A stretch of 64,000 nt of DNA from Ramazzottius varieornatus. Taxonomy: Eukaryota; Animalia; Tardigrada. Both the position numbers and the translations under genes were made by a program. Numbering within the stretch: the first letter of the stretch is position 1; every line of letters starts with the position of its first letter. Of the stretch, positions 23,859-34,868 are shown piece by piece. The stretch spans positions 202,123 through 266,122 of the forward strand of contig BDGG01000011.1 of NCBI GenBank assembly GCA_001949185.1, read 5' to 3'. Under the pieces are notes generated by a model. It had not been told where the DNA came from. It did no database searches and saw only the letters and a list, made by a program, of their open reading frames with translations.

Positions 23859-25443
23859 TCAAAGTTTAGTGACGCGTCCCATGAAAATAACCAGTCCGCT
23901 TCGCTCATCTCGAATTACAAAAATGAAAGGATGGTCTGCGACGAAGTTAACAGGGTCGGGGTTGAAGGATGTCGCTGAGCCCAAAACGGAGGTGGCAGCC
24001 GCTGCTTCGGTACCCCGCTCGTTTACTTCTGCAAAAACATATCGTATGGTTTTATATGGTTTTCCGAAGTATGCTCGTTGATTTTTCTGAAATGCTTCCA
24101 GCAACCACATGCCAAAGCAGAAGGGCAGTTTAACTACGCGCGAAATGGAAGCCGATAATGCTAGCAAACCGTATGGTTCTTGCATCGGCGCTGACCTACT
24201 GTACAGTATGAGGCCATCTCGGCTGGACACAAGAACGAATGGGTTAGCCTGCACTACAAACAATAAACGTACCGATAAATGCCTGGTGGATGATATCCGA
24301 AACGAACAACGGTTTGACCGCCGAGATGCCCGTGAGATCCGCCGTATCTGGGTTGAACAGTTGAAAGATCCCTGAGAAGATGTTTCGCTGTAAAGCATCT
24401 TTGGGTTGCAGGGTCGTTGTAATGGTAAATTTTGGCAATATTAAACTATCGATAGTGCGATTTCTTGCTTCGCTCAAAAATCTGTCGGGAAAGCCAGAGA
24501 AAATAGACTGTTGAAAGTTTCTCAGCCCGTCAGCGCTTGCATCACGCGGAAGGAAAATCAGCAAGGATAGTTCGTTGGACTTGTAAGGAATGGAAACCAT
24601 CTGGAACGCGGGAACTCCAAGGGCGCATCCCATTTCTCCCGCCCTATCCAGGTAGAGCATTGTTGCTTTGAACTTCGACATCATATCCACCTGATTAGTC
24701 GATCCATCCAGGTTGGTAAACGGTCTTTTGCTTGTCAAACGTTCGTCGAACTCATCCGCCCAAGCGGCCTTGAAATATATGGCGTTCACAAGGACCAGCC
24801 TTGTAAATTCGTTAACCGAACCTTGAGGCAGTAGCTCAGTGATCTTGCTGTTGGTCTGCTGGGATACCCACTGGTTGATTTCACTTCTCGCGCCTTCTGC
24901 CTTGTTGATAAAGTCAGCCAAGCCAAGTGTACTGTTGAGACTGGTCTTGATTGTTCTGATGTACGAAGCCAACACGTCGAAAGTTTGTTCGATGTAAGCT
25001 CGATTCGCCAAAGATAAATCATAAGCGGCTGAACCGTTGATAACTGGACCTGGGCGAAAGACGTTGAGGATAGACTGAAAGCTAGCCAATACATCCACTC
25101 CTTGGCTGACCTGGTCCTGCAGACCTAACGCGGTGGTCATCTCATTTTTAGTATCGCCCTTCGCACCAGCGTAGACCAGCATCAACGCGGACACGATACT
25201 TGTTGGAGAGTAAAAGAAGTTTTGCGCGGCAATAGAGGGATCTTCGAGGATGAGCTTGTACAATCGGAGAGCAAAGTCATTCAGGGGTGCTTGAAGAGTG
25301 ACGGAAGTGTTTTGGTAGGGCGTGACGGTTGATGGGGTGGTCGTAGTCGTGGTGGAATTGTAGTTCCCATACGATCCATAAGCAGCTTGAGCATGTTTCG
25401 TAACAAAAAGCAGGAAAGCTATTGTCCCGACTAAACGATTCAT
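23859..25443 (-). CDS. Secreted serpin 1; exons 25443-24273, 24028-23859
   Basis: Signal peptide, [45 protein letters not shown], hinge [13 protein letters not shown] and signature [12 protein letters not shown]...FMGRV. Confidence 0.95.
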
Positions 25444-25984
25444 TCTGTCGCTGGGTGGAGGAAAAGAGCAAATGTAGAGAGCTTTTCATTCGGATTACTA
25501 AATGCAAGATGATAAAGACAAAGTTTTACTCGGCATTCTAAGGAGAGTAGGTAGCAGACTGTTCTTCAGCGACTCTCTTCTTGTCAAGACTTGCGGGCAT
25601 TTCGGAAACTGAAAGAATGCCCGCTAGGTAGCCTGTTCTCCGCATCTGTAGCACCACATCCGGAAGTATTGACCCCAAATGGACTTACGTTGACACTTAC
25701 GGCAGAAGATGAATCAATTTTTTCTGCACCGACGGAAGTGGTCGTTAAATCGAGGCAGCACTGCAAGGAGATGGTGATGTACCCTACGACTGTGGTACAT
25801 GGGCCGCCAACCGACAACAGAAACACTGTATTATTCGTACAGACGGCTGACCTAATCATTGGTACACGGACAAAATTCTATGAGCGGCCGAAAGCGATCT
25901 GGGCCAGCTAAACCTGCCCAACACTGCCGCTTTCGGCCCATTCTAGAAATTTTTTTCATGCCAATAATTAGGCCAGCCAAAAGG

Positions 25985-26360
25985 TTTGTCCGTCAGATAC
26001 AGTATGCTGCTTTGACTGGTTATTCTTGATGGACAGGTTGTTGAGACTACTTCCGGGTTCGATAGGCGTATACAGCTGTATTCGAACCTACGTAAAAGTT
26101 TGATATCAACTGTAATACTTCTTGAACTATGCGAACTGCGTCACAGTACGCGTAGAGTTCACTGGTATGGTGACGCACACAGCACACTCTTATTATAACG
26201 TAATTTGCGAAGTTCGAGAAGCATTACAGTATATATCACCTTCCAGGTTCGAGCACAGGTTTACCCGCCTATCGAGTCCCGGAAGTAGTCTCAGCAACTT
26301 GTCCATCAATCAAAACAAGTCCGTCCAGTCGAAGCAACATACTGTGTTGGACAGACAGAA
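25985..26360. repeat. Long foldback (palindromic MITE-like) element, ~375 bp
   Basis: TTGATGGACAGGTTGTTGAGACTACTTCCGGG..CGATAGGCG pairs with CGCCTATCG..CCCGGAAGTAGTCTCAGCAACTTGTCCATCAA. ACTGTAATACTTCTTGAACT pairs with AGTTCGAGAAGCATTACAGT. Arms are about 150 bp each. Confidence 0.85.
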
Positions 26361-27271
26361 TTTTGATGAAGCAATAGAATTGTCAAACTTTGGTGTGTTC
26401 GGAATGCATGCAGGAATCCTTTCTTTCATACGCTTCAGAGTTTTATGCCCTCTTGCGGACAAGTTTGTGAGTTTCGCCGCAGTGTTTTGAAAGATCTCAC
26501 GGTTCAGCGGTGTTTTTGCTGGCTACTTTCGCACCTTTATGTTGGTGCCGGAGGTGTTTCTTGGTTCTTCATTTTTAAGTTAGCTGTTTCAGGCTAGTTT
26601 TGTTGGCCGGTGATTCGATGCCTTCATCAGTGAGCCCCGCAACCTACGCTGCATATCAGAGTTCACACTGACACACACACGTAAAAAAATCTTCTGTCTC
26701 GAAGGGAGTAAGAATGGGCGTTACCGTTTCGCCGAAGTGTTGCGTGTCACGTATTGTCCCGATCAGACTGAGATGACTCGGCAAAAGGTGCACTGCTTCA
26801 AAGCCAGTACACCCGATACGAGGCCATCCCGCATTTCGTTCACGCTTCTTCGTACTCCATTGCCGTAACCAAGAAGTGATGTTACCGGTATTCCATAGAG
26901 AGCATCTTCCACAATTGGGTTTCTCCGAGTTCATCAATTTAACAGACAGGTAGAAACTATCAATACATGTAAGGACTCTTGCCTACGTACGTTTCCGGAA
27001 AACCAGTCTATCTGTAATTAAGCTCACTGCGTGGAGAGCACACTTTGAATGGAGCCGTACTGCGCAGTAATCAGTATCAGAAAATAATCACCGGTGTGAA
27101 AAGTTCGATCACCTGTGAAGCCATTTATTCGCATGCGGCCTGGTTTGACAAAGTTCTAAGCTGTATGACCGAGTGCTCGCGTGAACTAGTTGTTAGTTTT
27201 GCTCAGGAGACATTGTTGATGCGTCAACGTGTCCCCAGTTTTCGACTCTGATAAAATCCAGTGGGAAAAAG

Positions 27272-28351
27272 ATGGTCTTTTTCCGGTCGTTGCTCAACTC
27301 TACGGAAGCCGATGTTCAGGACCCAGACCACGTTCTGAATACCAGTCTTCCTCATAACATTTCTGAAACCGCTACAGTTGTACCGGCGGCATGGTGGACG
27401 GTACTCTTTTACGCCTTGATGATCACGATAGCGATTGTTGGGAACCTACTGGTTATCCTTCTTGTTGCACTCTACCGAAAACTACGTACCCCCTTCAACT
27501 ACATTCTGTTGAACATCGCAGTGGCCGACGCGTTGGTTGGTCTCTTTTCGATGCCTCAGTATGCCGCAAGTTATCTTTACTTAGGATTGTGGTCTTTCTC
27601 TGATGCACAGTGCTCGTTCTGGATGTTCTTCGACTACTTCATGCCGGCAATTTCGTTATCCAGTATCGCAGCTCTGTCATGCGACCGCTGTTGGGCAGTG
27701 ACTTATCCAACAGCCTACCGAAACTACCACACCCATCGCAAAGCGTTCACCATCATTGGCATAACTTGGCTTTTTTCAGTCATTGGTGTTCTTCCCGGAT
27801 ATTCCTACACACGTTCGTACTTTGCAGACCAAAGCGTAAACCAGAGCTGTTCATGGAACGTCGATGGGTTGCCCGACTGGGCGACGGATTTTACCCCGCT
27901 GGCGGTGAACATCTGGATACCCTTCGCGATTACGCTTGCCTGTTATGTCGCTACTGTACTGAAGATATTGAACCTTCGTCTGAAACGGCAAGCCATCTTC
28001 CCGCATGCACTACCCGCAGCACAAAACTCAGCAGGCAGTCAAGGGAAATTCTTCAGAGCACGTCAGGACCGACAAGCGTTCAGAGTAGTGACATTATTGG
28101 TATGCGGGTTCTTCATCGCTTACATGCCCTGGACGATTTACTCAGTGCGCGCAGCGCTGCTGAAGTACGACGATCCAGCGATTTTTGGCGACCTGGCTTC
28201 GTGGATGAGCTACTCTTTATCGATGTTCAGTCCTTTCATATGCGGCGCTGGTAGTCGAGACCTACAGGAAGGGGTAAAGAAGCTTTTTGGAAGGGAAGAT
28301 CGTGGAAAGTTGAAGCGCTCGTCCATGAGAGTCAACACGATTGCAAACTGA
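27272..28351 (+). CDS. Intronless class A (rhodopsin-family) GPCR, biogenic-amine-receptor-like, 359 aa
   Basis: N-glycosylation sequons in the N-terminus, GNLLVI (TM1), IAVADALVG (TM2), C3.25..D3.32 (CSFWMFFD), DRC, W4.50, TM5 WIPF, TM6 FFIAYMP and TM7 WMSY..SPFIC. Confidence 0.92.
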   Translation: MVFFRSLLNSTEADVQDPDHVLNTSLPHNISETATVVPAAWWTVLFYALMITIAIVGNLLVILLVALYRKLRTPFNYILLNIAVADALVGLFSMPQYAASYLYLGLWSFSDAQCSFWMFFDYFMPAISLSSIAALSCDRCWAVTYPTAYRNYHTHRKAFTIIGITWLFSVIGVLPGYSYTRSYFADQSVNQSCSWNVDGLPDWATDFTPLAVNIWIPFAITLACYVATVLKILNLRLKRQAIFPHALPAAQNSAGSQGKFFRARQDRQAFRVVTLLVCGFFIAYMPWTIYSVRAALLKYDDPAIFGDLASWMSYSLSMFSPFICGAGSRDLQEGVKKLFGREDRGKLKRSSMRVNTIAN

Positions 28352-28622
28352 GTGTCCGAGAATACTGCCGTTCTTGAGCACTCGTGCACTTGGTCCCTCA
28401 AGCCAACATGTACAGGCACGGGAAAGAATGTCACTGAGAGTGCGTGACCGCATGAACTTTGTTAAGTGGCCCGATAACAAAACACCCTTACAACACGTTG
28501 CAGCCTTGCATAAACTTGAAACACGTTCCGTGGAAGAGTCATCTCAACGCAGGGCTTCCTCGGCGAACTAAACATCTTGATATACAGCTGACTCGATTTC
28601 AAGCAATTTGTCGCATGACTAT

Positions 28623-29203
28623 GGGCGGCTATCGCCGCCATATGTCGTTTTCCAGTTTAACAGGTATTTCTGTCAAGTTCCAACGTTTGCTTGATATAAT
28701 GTCACGCATTNNNNNNNNNNNNNNNNNNNNNNNNNNNNNNNNNNNNNNNNNNNNNNNNNNNNNNNNNNNNNNNNNNNNNNNNNNNNNNNNNNNNNNNNNN
28801 NNNNNNNNNNNNNNNNNNNNNNNNNNNNNNNNNNNNNNNNNNNNNNNNNNNNNNNNNNNNNNNNNNNNNNNNNNNNNNNNNNNNNNNNNNNNNNNNNNNN
28901 NNNNNNNNNNNNNNNNNNNNNNNNNNNNNNNNNNNNNNNNNNNNNNNNNNNNNNNNNNNNNNNNNNNNNNNNNNNNNNNNNNNNNNNNNNNNNNNNNNNN
29001 NNNNNNNNNNNNNNNNNNNNNNNNNNNNNNNNNNNNNNNNNNNNNNNNNNNNNNNNNNNNNNNNNNNNNNNNNNNNNNNNNNNNNNNNNNNNNNNNNNNN
29101 NNNNNNNNNNNNNNNNNNNNNNNNNNNNNNNNNNNNNNNNNNNNNNNNNNNNNNNNNNNNNNNNNNNNNNNNNNNNNNNNNNNTATGGCGGCGATGGCCG
29201 CCC
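28623..29203. mobile_element. MITE spanning the assembly gap (GGG..CCC termini flanked by AT; ISL2EU/Harbinger-like)
   Basis: TATGGGCGGCTATCGCCGCCATA (28620-28642) is the near-perfect reverse complement of TATGGCGGCGATGGCCGCCCATA (29184-29206). Confidence 0.65.
28711..29183. other. Assembly gap (473 N)
   Basis: Run of n characters. Confidence 1.
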
Positions 29204-29454
29204 ATACATGACCACCAGCACCTGCTTCTGATAAAGTTCTGTCATTAATGGAAATTCCGGCAGGAATAAACATCGGTATTTGATGTTGATTAATGTACGA
29301 ATATCACGATTATGGAAGCGGGAATCTGATGAGTTGGGCATAAATTGGGATCGTTTGACTGCATCGATGGGCGACATCGGTGGAACTGGAGGTGGTAGAT
29401 GTACCGAGGAGGAAGTGACGGCTGGACGCATCAGCCTTCCACCTGTTCTTCTGA

Positions 29455-30300
29455 GGTGCACAGGTCCTGTTAGCGAGATTAGAGACAGATCCGCTTGATT
29501 TGAGTCGAATAGTTACCTGATGCCGAGACTTTGTAAGGCTTCTGCGGGCATCTTGAACGACGAGATGGTAAACTGCGCCGAAGACGGACGAGCGATTATA
29601 CGCTTCGTCGTCTTGCTAAAGATGACGTCCAGTGGTATTATCGACATGAACGCGCCCTCGAGCGGGCTTAGATCAGCAACATCTTTCGGCACGAAAAGCA
29701 ACAACGAGAACTGCGCTCCTTCGAATGGGAGCACTGGCATCTGAAACGGCAGAAGAACCCAGTGCTCTGCGGCGAAGTTTTCAAAGTAAAACAGGTTCTT
29801 TATTAATCTTGTGCATCATAATATCCATTTTGCTTCTCGGGGCCGGCAAGGTGTTGAACTGCGCTTTGGAACTCGACGGCCCATGCAGTTAAAACAGATT
29901 GCATTGACCAAGACTAGAGCCGTGAAAGAGTTAACCGTTTCAGCCGGAATCTTTTGGTTCATGTGTTTTACCACCCACTGATTGATCTCATGTCTCGTTG
30001 CCTCAAAATAATCCGAAAATTAACCAGTCCAACTGTGCTGTTGAGGATGGTCGTAATCCAGGCCGTAAACGAAGCCAAGACGTCTAGAGTTTGCTCGATG
30101 TAACCACGATTCGCCAAAGACATATTAAAAGCAACTATGCCGTTGATAGTTGAGCCAGGACGACAGATAATAGTTACAGACTGGAAACGGGCCAGTGTGT
30201 CCCCTCCTTGCTTGACTTGGTTCTGCAGGTTGAACGCAATAGTCATTTCAATTTTAGTGTCGCCCTGCGCACCAGCGTCAAGGTGGGCATAATACTTGTT
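29455..30300 (-). pseudogene. Serpin pseudogene, paralogous to serpin 1
   Basis: GAQGDTKIEMTIAFNLQNQVKQGGDTLARFQS...SLANRGYIEQTLDVLASF...LNSTVGL aligns with serpin 1 [32 protein letters not shown]...[18 protein letters not shown]...LNSTLGL. Later remnants LVLVNAICF, SLLLFVP and LFDSNQADL. Multiple frameshifts and stops; no RCL exon seen. Confidence 0.88.
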
Positions 30301-30969
30301 GGGAACTAGACAGGTTATTCGTCGAGGAAATAAGGTTGGAGGCGAAGAAGCTAGAATATAGCTGCAAGCCAAAATTGTTTAGTCACTTTGGCGGCTCCCA
30401 AAGACTCGATTCGGTGAGGCGGCTGTCCATGTTCAGGGAGGGTAAGTGTAGGTGAGAATGCTGTTGAGTCGCCTGCATGTCCCATAAGATTCCTAAGCGG
30501 CTTTGTCGAGCTGAAGCCCGAAAACAGAAGATACATAGCAAAGAACGAAAATCCCACACCTTTTCCCTTTAGTAACTCCGTACATAAGGCGAGACCACAG
30601 CCTTCTCCTCGGCTAGGAAAAACCACTTGCCGAGGTTTCGCCATGCTTGTGACGCTTCAAGGAATAAAGAAAACCTTAGACGCCGAGTCGTATACATCCC
30701 CATATTACGAACGTCAGGGATTGTTTGGTGTTTATAGAGATCGCAGGGATACTGAAGGGCTCTTCCCAATACTGCGGTAGCTCTTTCTGTGAACTTTGTT
30801 CGTGGCATTTAGCGTGAGCCGGTGTTTGACTTTTTGTGTGATTTCCCCAATCAACAAAGCCGATTTTGTTCCTCATCGAAGTAAGAGCAAGGTTGGCAAA
30901 CTAGCCCGATGAATCTTACTAAGCTGAGCAGAAGAACAATATTCCGTATAGCATTACATGAGAGTAAAA

Positions 30970-32342
30970 CTAAAACGAAGCAATTCTGCCCATAAACGTG
31001 ATTAGACCAGTCTTTTCGTGGCGAATGACAAACAGGAACGGATGATCGGCGCGGAATTCCACCGGAGGCAGGATGTCACGTTCGATGAACATGGCGGTGC
31101 GAGTCATCACTGCGGCGGTAGCGGCAGCCGCCTCTGTCCCTTTCTCGTTTACCTCTGGAGAAAAAGGAATGAAAACTATAGACCTCAACCTAACTACATT
31201 CTCACTCGAGCACCAGAGTTCATGATCTTACCGATGAAGGCTTTGTGGACAACTGCGGAAACTCGCATGGGCGAATCCGAAATACCACTAAAGTCCGCGT
31301 CGTTAAACATCTTTTCGACGCCCAGACTTTGCAACGTACTTCCCAAGTTGAAGGATTTCTCCACCTTGAACTTCGGCAGATACACATTAGCTTTTCTCTC
31401 CGTCATCCCTTTGTACACCACATCCAAGTTGGCCGCCGTCAGCGCCTTCTCCAAAGCCGGCAAGCCCTTCTTCTCTTTCGGCAAAAAGACCAAGAGAGAC
31501 AAGTCACCGGTCTTGTACGGAATAGCCAAGGTGTGGAATGCCGGCATGCCGTTCTTTGAACTCTCCAAATTATCGAAATACTGATACATCTTCCCGTTGA
31601 TATTCATCAGATCGACCTTCGAGTTCACCCCTTTCAGGTTGAAGAAATCTTCCTTCGTGGTAAACCCCTCGACGAACTGATTGACCCATGCCGCTTTGAA
31701 GTAGATGGCGTTGATGAGAACCATCAATGTCGAACTATCGATCGTACCTGGCTGTAGCAAGTTCTTGATCTTCCCATTAGTCTGGCTTTCCACCCACTTG
31801 TTGATCTCCTGTCGGACCGCGTTGGCTTTCGTGTGGAAATCCACAACGCCAACGGTACTGTTGAGTTTGTTGGATATGGTGTTGATGTAGTCTTTCTTGA
31901 CGTTTAGGGTCTTCTCGATGTAGGCACGGTTGGCTAACGACAGGTTGTAGGGAAGTTCGCCATCGAAGGAGGGTTGAGGTGGAGAGAAGACGGAAAAGGC
32001 CGTGCTGAAATGGTCTATGATTGTATCCGGGGACGAGCCTTGCAGGCGAAGAGCTTTGGCGATCTGGTCCTGGGTTGTTCCTTTAGCACCGGCATAAGCG
32101 AGAAGCAAGCACGACGAGATACTCAGAGGAGAGAAGAACAAGTTGGTCGAAGCGGCGTCGGATGATCCACTCAGGGCTTTGTACAAATCAAGGGAGAATC
32201 CATCGAGCGATGATCGGACATTGTCCTGGCTGGATACGGAGATGTCCGAGGACTTGCTCTTTGATTTCCCGGTGCTGGCTGCTTCGAACAAGCTGGCCGC
32301 CGCAATCAAGCACAGCGTCAGAGACAGCTTCAAGGAAGCCAT
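30970..32342 (-). CDS. Secreted serpin 2; exons 32342-31232, 31154-30970
   Basis: Signal peptide, [58 protein letters not shown] and [17 protein letters not shown]. The intron is at the same phase-1 position as in serpin 1. Confidence 0.95.
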
Positions 32343-33155
32343 ATTGGGATGTAGGAGAGCAACAATACAAAGACGACCGAAGCTGCGACTGTCAAGGTGA
32401 AAACTATGCGGTTTGGAAGGAAGGGCTTCTTTGGTGGAAAATCAAGATTTCTGATGCCGATGGCGATGAAACAGTCTAAAGTCTGGCGCTTTATCTTACT
32501 TGACTGGTTGAACATCTGTGCAGACGAGGTGACTGAAGTCTGAAATAACAAACATTTGTCTCGATAGACACCTGTGGAAGACGTAACGTTTTGGTCGAAA
32601 CTTTTATCCATTGAATAGTCAGTATTTCTGATACGTTTGGCACTGGCAGGGTGTTTATTGTTTTTATGTAATCTTCAACTTGAATGTCAGTATCAACAAT
32701 CGATATGAGTTGCGGGCAGTCAGCACAATTCAAGCTTCGGAAGCCGGAAATGACGTTTCTTCAACCGCAACGGCTATGCAACGGAAGCTTGACTCAAAAC
32801 TGGGGCAGAAGTTCGCCGGGACCTGAGGACCTCAAACTCCGTCTTGGCTGAAGTCAAATACTGCTCGCTGATACTGCACTTTGGTGAACACCCTAAAAAG
32901 ATTTTCATAATAAAGACATCACGCTTGTTACTTGTAGCTTACACATAACACTGTCTGACACGGACCCCGTACACGTAATCGCGACGAGCGCGGCGGGCTT
33001 TTAAATATTAAAAGTGGCTATACAGAAAAGCCACAAGCTGAACACAGCTGATCAGCTGTTCAGGCTCAACTTCGTCAGTTCTCAAGATAGTTCAATTCCC
33101 GCTGGATCTTTCTCTTCCATGTTTCAAGTGGTAGCTGAGAGCGTTTTGAGAAACA

Positions 33156-33285
33156 ATGGAACGCTGCAAAGGACGAGTGGTTCTTGTTACTGGTGCTTCT
33201 GCGGGGATCGGATATTCAACTTGGAACGTTAGCTGGCCATGGAATGCGAGTTATCGGTTGTGTACGGAACATTGCTTCGCTCGAG
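33156..33285 (+). pseudogene. Orphan first exon of a DHRS11-like short-chain dehydrogenase, frameshifted
   Basis: ATG GAA CGC... reads MERCKGRVVLVTGASAGIGYST (SDR TGxxxGIG motif), then in a shifted frame TLAGHGMRVIGCVRNIASLE, followed by GCAAGT (degenerate or GC donor). No downstream SDR exons recognised. Confidence 0.75.
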
Positions 33286-34662
33286 GCAAGTACTCCACCA
33301 GTTTGTTTCTTCGTAGGATGTGTCTGTGAACCATTAAACGGTGCGTGTGCTTAATTAAAAAATTGAATCGAGTTCAGTTTTGGTTAACGTGTGCTGACCA
33401 CCGATTTCTCACGGTGCCACAGCTCAATTCTCTCCTTCCTTTTCATCCAAGCCTTACACTGTCCAGGCTGCTTTCATATCGTTATGCATCATTGATTTTT
33501 CGCACTCGATAACAGGTTTCTTGCCAGTACTTTCCTCTCTGTACAACACAGCACAAGTTCTCCTACGCCGAAGGGCAAATTTCATTTTTATTCGTTTTGC
33601 TTCTCGCGTAGCGAGAAGAATTTCTTCCACCCGCCCACCCTGCTTTTCTATACTGGTTCCCCGCTCAGTAAAGGGGGCATTCGGCATTCGGATTCGCGCC
33701 GCATCCGAATTACGGGTGCCTCCATTCCGGCAAAGTCACCTCCGCAAAATGCAATGCCGCCAATGTGGAACTTTTCTAGCGTCGATGGGCATTCTCTGAA
33801 CGTTCCACATGAAAAGCGTTTCTACGCTGAAACTAAGCACATGGTGACCGCGTTGACCAAAGCCCTGAACGCCGAAATGCGTCAGAAAAGAACCACAATT
33901 CGCGTCACGGTACGTACCCCTCATTGAAATGCGAAAACAGAGAACTTTCACATCACCAAAAACACAGCTTGCGATCCGCAGTGCGCCGTCTACTGGACAC
34001 CGTGCATCTTCGAGACACGGTCTTTTGGCCAGTCAAGTCGATCAAGCCATCGTGCTGATCGTGCTTGTAATGTCACGCTGCAGCGTGCAGCGGCAGCCTG
34101 GCCGAACTTTGAAATTTCGTTTTCGCATTTCAACTTCAACGGCTGAGCTTCTGATTTACACTCATCTGGTTTTTCTTTCTCTTTCTTCCTTTTCCGTTCT
34201 CGAGCTACCGTCGGAAGCTGACAACCTCGGAATGGGGACTGAGGATGGAAAGGAGTCGGAAGAGTCGCTTGTGTGAGCGAAGGGGATCGCCCCAGATGGA
34301 AAAGCTGTCGCCTGAATATCGGTAACAATAAGACTATGGATACTAGCTCTTCCTGTCAGCTTCACCTTGATCTTGTTCATCTTCCTTATTGTAGTACGTC
34401 TCCCCTGGCTGGCCGAGCTCCATGCAGAGAAGAAAGCATCCACATAGGCGATCGAGCCAGCCACAGAAAACAGCGCTGTCAGAGGCGGAGCGGTAAGAAC
34501 GTCCCTGCTGCTCAGGGACGAACGGCCCTGTATCGTCGTGGAAACGTAGAGTGTAAAAAAAAACTAGGTTCTAGCTTAAAATTCACTGTTTTTTTCGGGT
34601 GTGCCCATACTGCAAACCAAAGATATTGCGGATGCGGTTGTGTATGCTATCGCAGCGCCACC

Positions 34663-34868
34663 CAGGGACGTGTTGAGGTCCGGAGGACGGTGGGGTTAGA
34701 TGGCCCAGGGGCCAGAGCTTTCGGGTGATTTACTCTGGCCCAAAACGTTCTGGCCCCATTGGGGCCGGTAGGGCTAATGTATCAAAGTAATATCGCGGCC
34801 CCAGGGGCCAGGATTGCAGATTGTGACTGGGGCCGGACCCCACCGGCCCACTGCTCAACGCGTCCCTG
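34663..34868. mobile_element. hAT MITE (206 bp)
   Basis: TIR CAGGGACGTGTTGAG / CTCAACGCGTCCCTG (14/15). Perfect 8-bp TSD GCGCCACC (34655-62, 34869-76). Internal GGCCCC/GGGGCC subterminal repeats. Confidence 0.92.

Noticed and set aside
28459-29461. Long ORFs in the track spanning 28459-29461
   Set aside because: They are open only because they run through the N gap.
32960-33012. GC-rich stretch resembling a Helitron 3' hairpin
   Set aside because: No CTRR terminus at the expected distance.
34232-34495. Hydrophobic stretch IRLWILALPVSFTLILFIFLIVV on the + strand
   Set aside because: The frame has several stops and no identifiable family; too weak to call.
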